The notes: a model not told the origin generated them from the letters alone. 64,000 bases of DNA from Candidatus Bathyarchaeota archaeon (GCA_963733095.1 CAVTBV010000013.1:352001-416000), one strand, 5' to 3'; positions 10,235-21,749 are shown, numbered from the stretch's first letter. Made by a program: numbers and translations.

Positions 10235-12196
10235 ATGTCAGACAGTTTACCTTTCAATGAGAAATACAGTCCAAGTATTGCAAAGTTTTCTTCTGGAGAA
10301 ATACGTAAAGCTGAATGGGAAAAATCTATAAAGAACCCGCAAGAGTTCTGGGCAGAAAAAATGAAAGCCATTGACTGGTTTAAGGCTCCAACAAAAATTT
10401 TGGATGACTCAAACCCGCCATTCTTCAACTGGTTCCCCGACGGAGAACTCAACATAAGCTACAATGCTCTCGACCGCCACGTAAAAACCGCACGCAAAAA
10501 CAAACTCGCCTACATTTGGGAAGGCGAAATGGGCGAAATAAAAACTTACACTTACTACCAACTATACCGTGAAGTAAACAAACTCGCAAAAGCACTAAAA
10601 GACCTCGGCGTCAAAAAAGGTGACCGTGTCGCAGTCTTCCTGCCAGTCATCCCAGAGTTGCCTATCGCGTTGCTAGCAACCGCAAGAATCGGAGGAGTCC
10701 ACACAGTAGTCTTCTCTGGCTTTAGCGCTGAAGCACTAGCAGACCGAGTTAACGATTGTGAAGCAAAAATCCTCATAACTGCAGACGGCTCTTTCCGCAG
10801 AGGCAAACCAGTCGGAATAAAAGACAATGCAGACAAAGCAGCACCATTGATGCCGAATATCGAAAAAGTCATCGTTGTCAAACGCACAGGCCAGCCAATC
10901 CAAATGAAGGATGGCAGAGACGTTTGGTACCACGACGCATTGACAGCAGCAGGCGCAGGCGCTTACGTTGAACCTGAACATATGTTGGCAACCGACCCAC
11001 TGTTCATTCTCTACACTTCAGGAACCACCGGCAAACCAAAAGGCGTACAACACGGCACAGGCGGATACCTCGTTTGGGCTTATTGGACCCTTAAATGGGC
11101 ATTCAACCCCACAGACGAAGACATCTACTGGTGCGTTGCAGACATCGGCTGGATCACTGGTCACACATACAACGTTTATGCGCCATTGAGCCACGGCATA
11201 ACCGCGTTCCTCTTCGAAGGCACACCTGACTTCCCCGCACAAGACCGCTGGTGGAGTATGATTGAAAACCACGGCATCACCATACTCTACGGCACACCAA
11301 CCGCAGTTAGAATGTTCATGAAATTCGGTGAAGAATGGGTTAACAAACACGATCTCAGCACTCTACGCTTACTCGGCTCAGTCGGCGAAGCCATAAACCC
11401 CGAAGCATGGAAATGGTACTACCGGGTCATAGGCAAAGAACGCTTACCAATAATCGACACCTGGTGGCAAACCGAAACCGGTGGATTCATGATTTCCCCC
11501 GCAGCAGGCATAGAACTCACGCCACTAAAACCAGGTTCAGCCACGCTTCCTTTGCCAGCAGTTAACGCTGACATATTCGACGAAAAAGGACAATCAGTGC
11601 CACAAGGAACCAAAGGCTACCTAGTGATAAAGTCACCTTGGCCAGGAATGCTACAAACAGTCTGGAAAGACCCGGACCGCTTCAAACAAACATACTTCGG
11701 CAAGTGGCCAGGAATCTATTATGTCGGCGACTATGCAATCCGGGACCCTGACGGATACTTCTGGTTACTTGGCAGAGCAGACGAAGTCCTCAAAGTAGCG
11801 GGACACAGAATCGGCACCGTCGAACTCGAAAGTGCATTAGTCTCACACCCAGCAGTATCTGAAGCAGCAGTCATGGGCAAAGAAGACGTAGTTAAAGGCG
11901 AAGTCCCAGTGGCATTCGTAGTGCTACGCAGCGGATTCACACCCTCAGATGAACTTAGAGCAGAACTCATAAAACACGTTAGAACTACAATCGGTCCAAT
12001 AGCAACTCCAGACGCCGTAGTAATCGTTGCCAAGCTACCTAAAACTCGCAGCGGCAAAATCATGCGCAGACTCCTCAAAGCAGTCCTAACTGGAGCACCA
12101 CTCGGCGACACATCCACAATCGAAGACGAAGGCAGCATCGAAGACATCAAAGCAACATATGCAGAACTACGAAAACAACTCGAAAAGAAACAATAA
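10235..12196 (+). CDS. acsA: Acetate--CoA ligase (AMP-forming)
   Basis: YTSGTTGKPKG, DTWWQTETGG, GRADEVLKVAGHRIG, LPKTRSGKIMRR. Confidence 0.93.
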   Translation: MSDSLPFNEKYSPSIAKFSSGEIRKAEWEKSIKNPQEFWAEKMKAIDWFKAPTKILDDSNPPFFNWFPDGELNISYNALDRHVKTARKNKLAYIWEGEMGEIKTYTYYQLYREVNKLAKALKDLGVKKGDRVAVFLPVIPELPIALLATARIGGVHTVVFSGFSAEALADRVNDCEAKILITADGSFRRGKPVGIKDNADKAAPLMPNIEKVIVVKRTGQPIQMKDGRDVWYHDALTAAGAGAYVEPEHMLATDPLFILYTSGTTGKPKGVQHGTGGYLVWAYWTLKWAFNPTDEDIYWCVADIGWITGHTYNVYAPLSHGITAFLFEGTPDFPAQDRWWSMIENHGITILYGTPTAVRMFMKFGEEWVNKHDLSTLRLLGSVGEAINPEAWKWYYRVIGKERLPIIDTWWQTETGGFMISPAAGIELTPLKPGSATLPLPAVNADIFDEKGQSVPQGTKGYLVIKSPWPGMLQTVWKDPDRFKQTYFGKWPGIYYVGDYAIRDPDGYFWLLGRADEVLKVAGHRIGTVELESALVSHPAVSEAAVMGKEDVVKGEVPVAFVVLRSGFTPSDELRAELIKHVRTTIGPIATPDAVVIVAKLPKTRSGKIMRRLLKAVLTGAPLGDTSTIEDEGSIEDIKATYAELRKQLEKKQ

Positions 12197-12335
12197 AAAC
12201 AACCTTCTTTTCTTTTTCTTAATTTTTTTTCATTTCTTTTTGTTGAACCATTTTCTGTTGCTGTAACTCCGCAACCACAACAGTTTATTTTCTTCTCCAA
12301 GAGAACTGTATCTTAGTAAATTTCTTGGTGACTTT

Positions 12336-12738
12336 ATGAGAAAGAATTACTTTTTGAAGGAAAAGAAAACACAAGCTCAATTAACTTAAAAGAATTCAAC
12401 CCAAAAGGCGCTATGCTCTACAGAACCCTCACCGGAAAAATCAGCGGCAAAGCCTAAGGCTTCATCATGTTCACCCACAACATGTTCATGAAGATAGGCG
12501 GCACAAGCGAAGTCGAAATTAAATCAATCACCTTCAGAGAAGGCAAACCCATCTTCGCTATGGGCAAAGCAAACGGAAAGTTCATAGACCCCACCCCCAT
12601 CGGAAAAATCGATGGGTCCCTAACCTTCCAGACCCCCAACCAAAACTCGTTGACCTCAACACAACCAAGGGGCAATCAGAAGCCCTCTACAACAATGCAA
12701 CAGGCGAATACACCTTCAAAATCTACGCCCAAAAATAA
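12336..12738 (+). pseudogene. Degraded hypothetical protein gene
   Basis: Frame from 12338 (EKELLFEGK...) runs into the 12467 ORF across an in-frame TAA at 12455; second frameshift near 12645 continues as KLVDLNTTKGQSEALYNNATGEYTFKIYAQK*. Confidence 0.55.
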
Positions 12739-13564
12739 CAAAGTATTAACTCAAAAAATAAACCTGCAACAAATCTTCCATTTTAATTTTGCTGACTACT
12801 TGTTTCAGCCGTAATAGTTAGGAATTATCATTTTGCAACCACACATAAGTCATTCGACTTAAGATTTCTATTAAATTCACTTTAGTTGGTAGGCGCATAA
12901 GTCACAGATTTAAGCGGCATTTTGGACAACACTCAACGCCGCCACCACCAATTCCATCACAAGCATCACAAGGACGAGATAGATTAACTATAGCGGTTTT
13001 TGTTGTTTAAACATAATTTAAAGCAAGAGTTGAAAAGATACCTTTAGAAGTGGAGGGTTTAGTGAATGTTTCCCATTATTTGCTTGGATTTTGCTCATTC
13101 GTCTTAGTTTTTGGTTGTTTTTTGTGCATAAAGTAGAGGTAGATGCCGCCGTAGTAGCTTTGGTTTTCAAGTTGGGTTTTTTGGCTGTTCATGTTTAGTG
13201 CCTGATAGCAGGTTACCGTTAATGCTAGATAATGTTTTTTGAGAATATTAATCTGCGAATTTGCGAAGTAGCGTTTGCTTGCTGTGAATTGGGCTTTGCT
13301 TGTTTTAGCAACTTTGTTTTTTGTGTGGAGGATTTGTGTTTTTGTTGGTTAGTCAAGGACTTTTTACTGAGTTTAGTTAAGAAATCTGCCGAGTTAACCC
13401 TGAGCAGATGCGGTAGCTTTGGGGTTTAGGCTTTTTTGTTCCTACTCAATAACAAAATCAAAGAAAAAATGAGGGTTAAAAACTGTTGAGTGGGTTGGGT
13501 AATCCGCCTGTTCCGATGCCAATCAAGGACAAAATGAAGCCTATGATAAAAATGACTATGTCAG

Positions 13565-14680
13565 TTAGAAGCGGAACTTGTGGCCCTTTGATTGCACGTC
13601 GGTGCCGAATTCCTTTGCCAACTGCTCCAAAAGCGCCCTCTGTGAACCTGTCAGCTTCTCTGGAACATATATGCTTATGCGTACCTGCAAGTCGCCTTTG
13701 CCGTAACCTCGAAAACGCGGCATACCCTTACCCCGCAACGTTATGGTTTCGCCCGGCTGGGTTCCAGGATGCACTTTAACAGTTACTGGTCCATCAAGCG
13801 TGGGCACCGAAATTTCTGCTCCCAAAGCCGCCTGAGGATAATAGATGATAGCTATATGCCAGAGGTCGTCTCCTTCTCGCAGGAACTCCGGATGCTGCCT
13901 AACATGAACGACGACGTAGAGGTCTCCCGGTTCTCCGTCGGCGCTGGTCATGTCGCCTTCACCCCTGAGCCGAAGCTGGTAGCCTTCGTCGATGCCCATT
14001 GGGATTTTCACGGTGATTTTGCGTCGTTTACGAACGAGTCCTGAGCCGTGGCAGTTGGTACAGGGGGAATCGATGATTTTGCCTTTTCCTTTGCATGTGG
14101 GACAAGCAGAAACTTGCACATATGTGGCAAAGCCTGCTTTGCGCATGTTCTGGATTTTTCCTGCTCCGCCGCATCGGGGGCAGATTTTGGCTGATGTACC
14201 GGGGGTTGCTCCTGAACCGCCGCAGACCTCACATCGCTCAGTCCGAGGGATTTCGATTTCTTTCACGGTGCCTTTTGCAGCTTCTTCCAAGGTGATTTCC
14301 AAGTTGAACGCGAGGTCCTGTCCTCGATTATGCTCCTCAAAACCGCCGAATCCTCCGCCGCCAAAGAAACTGCGGAACAAATCTCCAAAACCCATATCGC
14401 GGAAAACTGAGTCAAAGTCTGCTCCACGGAAAATATCCTCTGAAGTATAGCGCTGGTCAAAGCCTTGGTGACCAAGGTTGTCGTAGGTTTGCCTTTTTTG
14501 GTCGTCAGACAAAACAGCGTAGGCTTCACTGATTTCTTTAAACCTCTCTTCAGCGCTTGCATCCTTGTTTCGGTCAGGATGAAACTGCATGGCGAGTTTC
14601 CTGTAGGCGTCTTTGATTTCGTCTTTGGATGCGCCTTTTTGTACGCCAAGAACCTCATAGTAATCTCGTTTTTCAGCCAT
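13565..14680 (-). CDS. dnaJ: Chaperone DnaJ
   Basis: J domain with HPD, G/F region, four CxxCxGxG repeats. Confidence 0.96.
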   Translation of the reverse strand: MAEKRDYYEVLGVQKGASKDEIKDAYRKLAMQFHPDRNKDASAEERFKEISEAYAVLSDDQKRQTYDNLGHQGFDQRYTSEDIFRGADFDSVFRDMGFGDLFRSFFGGGGFGGFEEHNRGQDLAFNLEITLEEAAKGTVKEIEIPRTERCEVCGGSGATPGTSAKICPRCGGAGKIQNMRKAGFATYVQVSACPTCKGKGKIIDSPCTNCHGSGLVRKRRKITVKIPMGIDEGYQLRLRGEGDMTSADGEPGDLYVVVHVRQHPEFLREGDDLWHIAIIYYPQAALGAEISVPTLDGPVTVKVHPGTQPGETITLRGKGMPRFRGYGKGDLQVRISIYVPEKLTGSQRALLEQLAKEFGTDVQSKGHKFRF

Positions 14681-15073
14681 GAAGGTTGCCCTGAAATATT
14701 TTTTTTAATGCCTTTATAAGGATGCACAAGACTGTAATTTATACCATTTCCCCTGTTTCGGCGATTTTTTGGGGTGAATGGTTTTTTATGGGTTGTCTTT
14801 GTGGGGGTTATTGAATATGGAATTTGGTCTTTTTTCTTTCTTTTTAGGCAGTTTCTATATTGCGCAGGAGTTTTCGAGTTTGCTGATGGATTTGTAATAG
14901 CCATACCAGCCTATCAGCTTTAAGGAAAATGGGGTCAAGATTAAAAAAGCAAACTAAAACTCAGTAATCTCAGGTAAGCTTTGGATTTGTTCTCTTATCG
15001 CTAACTTCAACTTCCGACTTTTCGATGCGGTGAAAAGTGTTAAAACAAGCTCTTTTGAGAAAAGTTTGTGGGT

Positions 15074-15301
15074 TTAGTTGCCGTTCGGATGAAGGTATCT
15101 AAGTCGGGCATCTGGATTTTGATATTGCACAGATGGGCCTTCTTTCCACAATGAGTTATATATGCTTTGAAATTCTTGACTTGAAAGTCTTTTTTGTTTT
15201 TCGATCTTGCTCACAGCTAGAGCTATTTTCTTATTATCATTGCTGTCTAAGGCTTCTTTGTTTTTTAGAGCGTTGAGCAATCTTTTTTTGAACATGGACA
15301 T
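15074..15301 (-). CDS. Small hypothetical protein
   Basis: 75 aa ORF; preceded by a possible ~45 aa ORF (MIPRTKADEKES...) near 15305-15442. Confidence 0.4.
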   Translation of the reverse strand: MSMFKKRLLNALKNKEALDSNDNKKIALAVSKIEKQKRLSSQEFQSIYNSLWKEGPSVQYQNPDARLRYLHPNGN

Positions 15302-16089
15302 CCCTCATCTTGTCAACAAACGTTGACGTTTTGACAGGCATTTTGGCTTTGGAACTGGCATTCCAAAACTTTTCTCAAGTGCCATCCTGCACTGTTCTGC
15401 AAAATCCGATTCTTTTTCATCTGCTTTGGTTCTTGGAATCATTTAACTCATCTTGTTAAAGGAGTTTAGTTTGTTTAACATAAAAGACGTGTTTCACTTT
15501 GGGACTCATTATTGTTAAAAAATTATTAAGCGGTGTGAAAATATATCAAAAAATAGACAGTGTCATCATTTCAAGCAAGTTAGTTCACTTTCACTACCTC
15601 GTTTTCGATAACGCTTTACCTTTTTTCCGTATTTGTAATACTTTAATTTGAGAATAAAGGCTTTAAAAAATGAAGGCATTATAAAGTCGAAGAGGGCCAT
15701 TAATGGAAGGAAAGGCGGCAGTAGCTCTCCTGAAAGAAATGTCTGCTGAAAATTTAAGTTTTCTTGGATAGTATTGCAAGAAAAAAACTTGGAGACTTCC
15801 AACTCCAAATAAACTGTAACTACGACTCCAAAGCTACGCATCTCCCGCAAAACCCTCATTTCTTATTTAAAGGAAAGTCTAACAAAGCATTCAATACTAA
15901 AATTATAAATCGAATTAGCGCACCAGAAGCCTCAGCAACCCCCTCAACCAGTTACTTTGAGGAATCGCAAATTTTATTTCCTTGTATCTAAATAGCAAGT
16001 TATTGTTGTCTTGTTTGTGTTGTCTAAGTGGCCTACCATCTATAGCAGTTGCTGGGTTGTCCAATTTCAGCTAAAGGGGCAAACGAAAG

Positions 16090-16291
16090 ATTCAAGAAAG
16101 TTAGCAAAATCGATGCCCTCAAACAAATCATGGGTGTCTGGGGAATGAACCTGGATGAACTTTTGACAAGAAAAGCCACAGTCAATCCGAATGCAGCAGA
16201 TATGGGACATTACAGGTACGAATACAACCAAATCTGTCAACTAATTATAGAATTAAAGCACCAGATGATAAAGAAAATCTCAGAGGGATAA
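16090..16291 (+). pseudogene. C-terminal remnant of tyrosine integrase
   Basis: SKIDALKQIMGVWGMNLDELLTRKA aligns by eye with NRIEQLKEIIRAWGQNPEEILTKDA at the C-terminus of integrase 45287..46720. Confidence 0.65.
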
Positions 16292-16301
16292 AAATGGTAT
16301 A

Positions 16302-16353
16302 TATAAAAGAAAAAAAGAATGAGCTGCAGCTTTAGGCTATTTTACTTTGTAGT
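16302..16353 (-). repeat. Duplicated dnaK 3' end and terminator (att-like)
   Basis: 16335-16353 matches 23277-23295 at 18/19 nt (encodes YKVK*); similarity continues through the flanking A-rich terminator. Confidence 0.7.
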
Positions 16354-16674
16354 AACCTTGCTCCAGCCTATCACTCATACTTTTCCACCTTTTTCTCATT
16401 ATTTTAAAGGTGGTAGTCTATTTTGGTCTAGCCTTCGGCTATCGACATCGACATTAACTTGTTTCGTGTTTTTGCGATCTTCCTTTTTTTTAGAGTTTCC
16501 ACTGATGTATCTACTTAGTACGCAATGAATTGGATTTAGACTTACAGCAAATTGGATGAGTCAGGCATAAAATGTTCTGGAACCTACTTCAATATTCTCA
16601 CATAAATTTAGATTTCTACCCATAAAACCCTCAGAATTTTTCATACCAAAAAAATTGATTATCACTTTTTATGG

Positions 16675-16763
16675 TCAGTGACCACTTGCCACGCAGTCTT
16701 ATAAATTAAATCCTCACACAGTCCAAGAGAGTTGACTAAAACAAATCTCAAAACAATTTGTTT
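16675..16763 (+). promoter_or_regulatory. Conserved promoter and leader of beta-propeller gene (copy 2)
   Basis: TCAGTGaCCaCTTGCCACGCAGTcTTATAA and AAACAAAT..ATTTGTTT inverted repeat, matching 723-809. Confidence 0.7.
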
Positions 16764-16795
16764 AAGTAAACTAAAGTTAATGGAGAAAAATAAAA

Positions 16796-19435
16796 ATGCA
16801 AAAAATAAAAACAAAAACTATAACCACCATAATAGCCCTGATTCTACTATCTTCGATGGCTGTTTCCGTATTTGCAATATCAACAACGGATGCACAAGGA
16901 GCACTTAAAACCTATGCCTTCGTTGGTGCTACACCCGATCCTATCGGCGTTGGCCAACAAACCGTTATCCGCTTGGGCATTACTGATCAATTAGCAGCAC
17001 CCAAATATGGCTGGGAAGGTCTCACGGTCACCGTTACACACCCAGACGGCACCACAGAAACACTTGGTCCATTCAGAACCGATGCAACAGGAGGATCATT
17101 TACCGTTTATACACCTGCAGTTGCTGGCAACTACACTCTACAATCATTCTTCCCACAACAAACAAACCCAGCCGCAATCAACTCCAACGGTCTAGTAATT
17201 CCAACCGGAACAACAATGCTTGCCAGTTCAAGTGAAATAGTGACCTTAACCGTCCAAACAGAGCAAGTACCTAGCTACCAAAGCCAACCGCTCCCCACAG
17301 AATACTGGGTGCGCCCTATCAATGACCAATTCCAAAGTTGGCAAAGTATTGGAGGCAATTGGCTTCCAGCATCCAACAATGCAGGCACCTACAACCGTGT
17401 TGCATGGGGCAACGACTATGCTCCACAGGCTCCACACATTCTCTGGAGTAGACCAATAACTGGAGGCGGTCTCATTGGAGGCGCAGAGAGCGCAATCATT
17501 GGAGACATAACCAACGACCGAGTATCAATCGGAGACGCCTACCAAGGCAAATTCCTAGGTAGCGTCATAATGCTAGGAAATCTCTACTACGACGAATATC
17601 CGAGCACATCAAAGATACATCAAATCGATGCTGTAAACCTACACACAGGTCAGACTTTATGGTCAAAAACATTGCTCAATAACCTCACCCTAACGCGCGG
17701 ACAGTTAATGCAATGGAACTCAATTAACCTCTTAGGCACCTACCCATATCTGTGGGCAACAGCAAACAGCGCTACATTGCCTCTCTTAGGATTGCCATCA
17801 ACAGCAGGAACAACCTGGTGCGCATTTGATCCATACACTGGCAGCTTCACATACGCAATTTACGGTGTTCCATCAGGAAACACTGTATTCGGCGAGAACG
17901 GCGAAATCCTCATCTACACAACAAACCTGGCAAAAGGCTACATGACCATGTGGAACTCAACTAACATACCAGCTCTATACAATAGCCAAGAAATTGGCTC
18001 CACCGATATAGAACAATGGATCGCAGAAGGAAAAATCGTTAACGGAACAGGTCTCGCCGGAACAACCCTCAACGGACAACCTGCAAGCTACTACCTAACG
18101 CCAACTGGATATGCTGGCTACATGTGGAATGCGACTATACCTACTAACTTGCCTGGCGCAGTCTATGGAGTCCAAGATGATCGAATAATCGGCGGCTCAG
18201 CATCGTCTTCCGGAGTCAATTTGTGGGCAATAAGCATAGCACCAAACAGCGCAGGACAATTGCTATTCAGCAAAAGTTGGGCACCACCAGCAGACTGGAC
18301 CCAGGGCAACGTAACTATAGCGTGGCAAGCAATGAGCGACATCTCTAAAAACGGCATAATTGTTTTCGGTGAAAAAGAAACAAGACAAGACTATGCTTTC
18401 AGCACCGAAACAGGAGACTATATGTGGGTAAGCCAATCACACGACTATTTAGACTTCTACACTATGGGACTCGCCGGAACATCTGCCCGTGCAGTAAACC
18501 AAATCTATGACGGCAAATACTATACCGCCGGCTACTCAGGAATCCTATACTGCTACGATACATTGACAGGCGAACTTCTATGGAGTTACACCGCAACAAA
18601 CCCATTTGCTGCAGGCTCAGCGTTCTCACAATGGCCACTATATCCAATGTTCATTGCTAACGGAATGATCTATGTAATTCACACCGAACACTCAGGATAC
18701 GAGCAATCTCTCCCACCTGATGCGCCAATGATTGCCCTCAACGCAACAACAGGCGAACTCATCTGGAGAGCCGATGGACTATTACGCGGAACACACTGGG
18801 GTGGATACCCAATAATTGGCGACAGCATAATTGCAGCCATGAACACCTATGATCAACAAATTTATGCAATCGGCAAAGGACCAAGCTCCGTTACCGTAGA
18901 TGCTCCAATGTCAGGAGTTACAGTTGGAAACAGCATAGTCATAAGAGGCACAGTATCTGATGTCTCTCCAGGCACAGAGCAAACAGCTGTTCAATTGCGA
19001 TTCCCTAATGGAGTTCCAGCAGTTTCAGACATGAACATGACCAGTTGGATGCAATACGTCTATGAGCAATTCTCAAAGCCAACAAATATCCAAGGTGTCA
19101 ACGTTGAAATCAGCGTTATTGACTCTAATGGCAACTGTAGAACAATCGGCAGCACAACGAGTGATGAAAGCGGCACATACAGCTTAGGATGGGCACCTGA
19201 CATTGCAGGCAAATACACAGTTATCGCTACCTTCATAGGCACAAACTCGTACTATGGCTCTTCTGCGCAAACAGCTTTCATCGCTGACGAAGCACCAATA
19301 GCCACCCCGACAGCTACAACGCAACCCGCATCGGTGGTAGACACATACTTCATGCCGTCGATCGCAGCAATAATAGTGGTAATAGTAGTAGTCGGAGCAG
19401 TTCTAGCAATACTCATGCTTAGAAAACGACCCTAA
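16796..19435 (+). CDS. Large secreted, membrane-anchored PQQ-like beta-propeller repeat protein
   Basis: Paralog of 843..3536 (PDPIGVGQ, PLPTEYW.RPI, RFPNGVPAVSD, TM plus RKRP). Confidence 0.85.
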   Translation: MQKIKTKTITTIIALILLSSMAVSVFAISTTDAQGALKTYAFVGATPDPIGVGQQTVIRLGITDQLAAPKYGWEGLTVTVTHPDGTTETLGPFRTDATGGSFTVYTPAVAGNYTLQSFFPQQTNPAAINSNGLVIPTGTTMLASSSEIVTLTVQTEQVPSYQSQPLPTEYWVRPINDQFQSWQSIGGNWLPASNNAGTYNRVAWGNDYAPQAPHILWSRPITGGGLIGGAESAIIGDITNDRVSIGDAYQGKFLGSVIMLGNLYYDEYPSTSKIHQIDAVNLHTGQTLWSKTLLNNLTLTRGQLMQWNSINLLGTYPYLWATANSATLPLLGLPSTAGTTWCAFDPYTGSFTYAIYGVPSGNTVFGENGEILIYTTNLAKGYMTMWNSTNIPALYNSQEIGSTDIEQWIAEGKIVNGTGLAGTTLNGQPASYYLTPTGYAGYMWNATIPTNLPGAVYGVQDDRIIGGSASSSGVNLWAISIAPNSAGQLLFSKSWAPPADWTQGNVTIAWQAMSDISKNGIIVFGEKETRQDYAFSTETGDYMWVSQSHDYLDFYTMGLAGTSARAVNQIYDGKYYTAGYSGILYCYDTLTGELLWSYTATNPFAAGSAFSQWPLYPMFIANGMIYVIHTEHSGYEQSLPPDAPMIALNATTGELIWRADGLLRGTHWGGYPIIGDSIIAAMNTYDQQIYAIGKGPSSVTVDAPMSGVTVGNSIVIRGTVSDVSPGTEQTAVQLRFPNGVPAVSDMNMTSWMQYVYEQFSKPTNIQGVNVEISVIDSNGNCRTIGSTTSDESGTYSLGWAPDIAGKYTVIATFIGTNSYYGSSAQTAFIADEAPIATPTATTQPASVVDTYFMPSIAAIIVVIVVVGAVLAILMLRKRP

Positions 19436-19473
19436 AATTACCAAACAAAAACTATCTTTCCCTTTTTTTAGCT

Positions 19474-19962
19474 GAAAAAAAGAAATCGGCCGCTCGTTGA
19501 ACTCCAAATCCATCGGTGCGGCGCTAACCTTTGGAAAATATTTCGGAACTATCACTATCTAAACGGTTTCAGGGTGCAGGAGTCAGATGTTATACAGAAG
19601 TCTATCAGAGCAAACCTGTTGCATTCATAGCTGTCGCGTGTGTGAGAATGAAAGCAAAATACTATCGCGTCAGTCGATTAGTCGTTCTCCCGGATTACCA
19701 AGGAATCGGCGTGGGCAAACAGCTTCTCAACTTTATCGCCGAACTCTATTCTACCCAGACAAAATTGCCCTTCTATATCTTAACAAGTAATCCACAGATC
19801 ATCAAGGGAAATCTCAAGAATTGGGAAATATCTCGTTTTGGCCATGCCAGCAGGGGTAGAGAGAACACAAGAATAAACTCTGAAATCAAAAGCAGCCTTA
19901 GCCGAAAAATGATAACTGTCTCTATGCAGTTTGTTTGGGCAAAAAGAGGTTTACCCCCTTAA
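19474..19962 (+). pseudogene. Frameshifted GNAT acetyltransferase fragment (viral ATPase-GNAT family)
   Basis: KRNRPLVELQIHRCGANLWKIFRNYHYLN, then frameshift to ...YRVSRLVVLPDYQGIGVG; homologous to 55716..56357. Confidence 0.75.
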
Positions 19963-20148
19963 GAAAGTCTTGCAATCCAAAGTGTTCAATACTCCATAAC
20001 ATTTATACACTTAAGCGCATATGCTTATAAGAGCGTATGTACATATATGTTTATATTAATAAGCGAACTCAAGCGAATGAAAAATGGTAAAAAAACCTGT
20101 AATTGTAAATAACTCGCTTATTTCAAAAATAGTGACAAGTGACTAAAA

Positions 20149-20292
20149 ATGGGCCGAATTAATGTTGACATCCAAGATGAATTAGAAAAACAGCTAAGAC
20201 TAAAAACTGTGGAGAAATTCGGCGGCAAAAAAGGCGACTTATCCAAAGCAGTCCAAGAAGCAGTAAAAACATGGATTAACATCAAACAATAA
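20149..20292 (+). CDS. Small ribbon-helix-helix DNA-binding protein (47 aa, not in ORF track)
   Basis: MGRINVDIQDELEKQLRLKTVEKFGGKKGDLSKAVQEAVKTWI: strand-helix-helix pattern. Confidence 0.7.
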   Translation: MGRINVDIQDELEKQLRLKTVEKFGGKKGDLSKAVQEAVKTWINIKQ

Positions 20293-20501
20293 AGTCGCCT
20301 CCTCAAAATACTGATAACTACATTATAAGAAGCCTATGGAAAGGCCTGGGCAAGCCAGTTAGCCTGGAACATCCTCGTATGAGGGTTATGGGCAATCTAT
20401 CTGGAAAGTTCCCTTTGCAGAATAGTTCAAAGCAAAGCTACAACATTATTGTTCGCCAGCTCAAAAGAAAATTCGAGAATGTTTTCGCAGATTAATATTA
20501 A

Positions 20502-21503
20502 TTGAATGGAGTCAGAAAAATGAGTATAACCCAAATGAGTATAACTAAAGAAGTTCCAATAATTAATTCGCGCTCAGTTGATAAGTGCCCTGAATGTATA
20601 AGCAAAAATCTAGTTCACGACAACGACTCCGGCGAAACTATCTGTGGTGACTGCGGCTTAGTTGTCTATGAACAAATGATGGATAAAGGTCCTGAGTGGC
20701 GCGCTTTTACTTCAGAAGAAAAAGCGTCAAGAAGCCGCGTCGGCATGCCCACGTCATATTCGATTCATGATAAAGGATTATCCACAGTAATAAGTCAAGT
20801 TGACAGGGACGCATTTGGAAGAAAATTGCCAATGTCCACTAGATTGCAGATGTGGCGTCTTAGGAAATGGCAAATACGAAGCCGGGTACATTCATCAACC
20901 GACCGAAATCTCGCACAAGCAATGTCTGAACTTGAACGTTTATCAAGCAAAATAAATATTTCAGCACCAATCAAAGAAAAAGCCGCCGTCGCTTACAGAA
21001 AAGCACTCGAAAAAGGCTTAGTCCGAGGAAGATCAATCAACGCAATCGCCGCAGCAGCACTATATGCCGCATGCCGCAAAAGCGGATCACCCAAAACCCT
21101 TAGCGAAATCTCGAAAGCAAGTATAGTGAACAAGAAAGAGGTAGCCAGATGCTATCGATTGCTGCTGCAAAAACTCGATTTTCACATGCCAATTTCCGAC
21201 CCTCTGACATTCGTTTCAAAAATTGCAGAAAAAACAGGAATCTCGGGTAAAACACAAGGCGCAGCTATAGCAATACTCAGAGAGGCTAGACAAAAACGGT
21301 TTTCAGCAGGAAAAGACCCAATAGGGTTAGCTGCAGCCGCACTCTATATCGCATGCCTACAGAACGCTGAAAAAAACACACAAAAAGACATCGCAGAAGC
21401 ATCCGGAGTCACCGAAGTTACAGTCAGAAACAGATACAAGGTCCTAATAAAGCAGCTTCACATAGAAATACCCGACCGAAAAATTTGTTTGTCGCCCCTT
21501 TGA
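20502..21503 (+). CDS. tfb: Transcription initiation factor IIB (TFB), probably an accessory paralog
   Basis: Zn ribbon CPEC..CGDCG, GPEWRAF, two cyclin repeats, TQKDIAEASGVTEVTVRNRYK; start may be ATG 20520. Confidence 0.95.
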   Translation: MNGVRKMSITQMSITKEVPIINSRSVDKCPECISKNLVHDNDSGETICGDCGLVVYEQMMDKGPEWRAFTSEEKASRSRVGMPTSYSIHDKGLSTVISQVDRDAFGRKLPMSTRLQMWRLRKWQIRSRVHSSTDRNLAQAMSELERLSSKINISAPIKEKAAVAYRKALEKGLVRGRSINAIAAAALYAACRKSGSPKTLSEISKASIVNKKEVARCYRLLLQKLDFHMPISDPLTFVSKIAEKTGISGKTQGAAIAILREARQKRFSAGKDPIGLAAAALYIACLQNAEKNTQKDIAEASGVTEVTVRNRYKVLIKQLHIEIPDRKICLSPL

Positions 21504-21749
21504 GGCCGCTTTTTTGAATTAACCTTTTCTATAATACTTAGTGATTATTTTTTAGAAAATTAAACCTTTGACATGGCTTTCAACAATGACTTCAACTAGA
21601 ACAAAGTATTGCTGAAATATGCAATATTGTGCCTGTCCAATCACAACAACATCACTTTTTAAGTAAAGCTATTCAAAGTTAACTTGCCTACTGCGTAAGC
21701 TAATAAAAAGTAAGCTAACTCAAGAATTTTTAATCGGAGGTGAAAAATA

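Noticed and set aside
12455-12457. In-frame stop as recoding (Sec/Pyl)
   Set aside because: The codon is TAA and the gene has additional frameshifts
12840-13560. Short ORFs downstream of dnaJ (38-aa MNSQKTQ..., hydrophobic fragment IVIFIIGFILSLIGIG)
   Set aside because: Too short and without recognisable motifs to support a call
14263-14904. 213-aa minus-strand ORF overlapping dnaJ
   Set aside because: Alternate frame of dnaJ plus low-complexity upstream sequence
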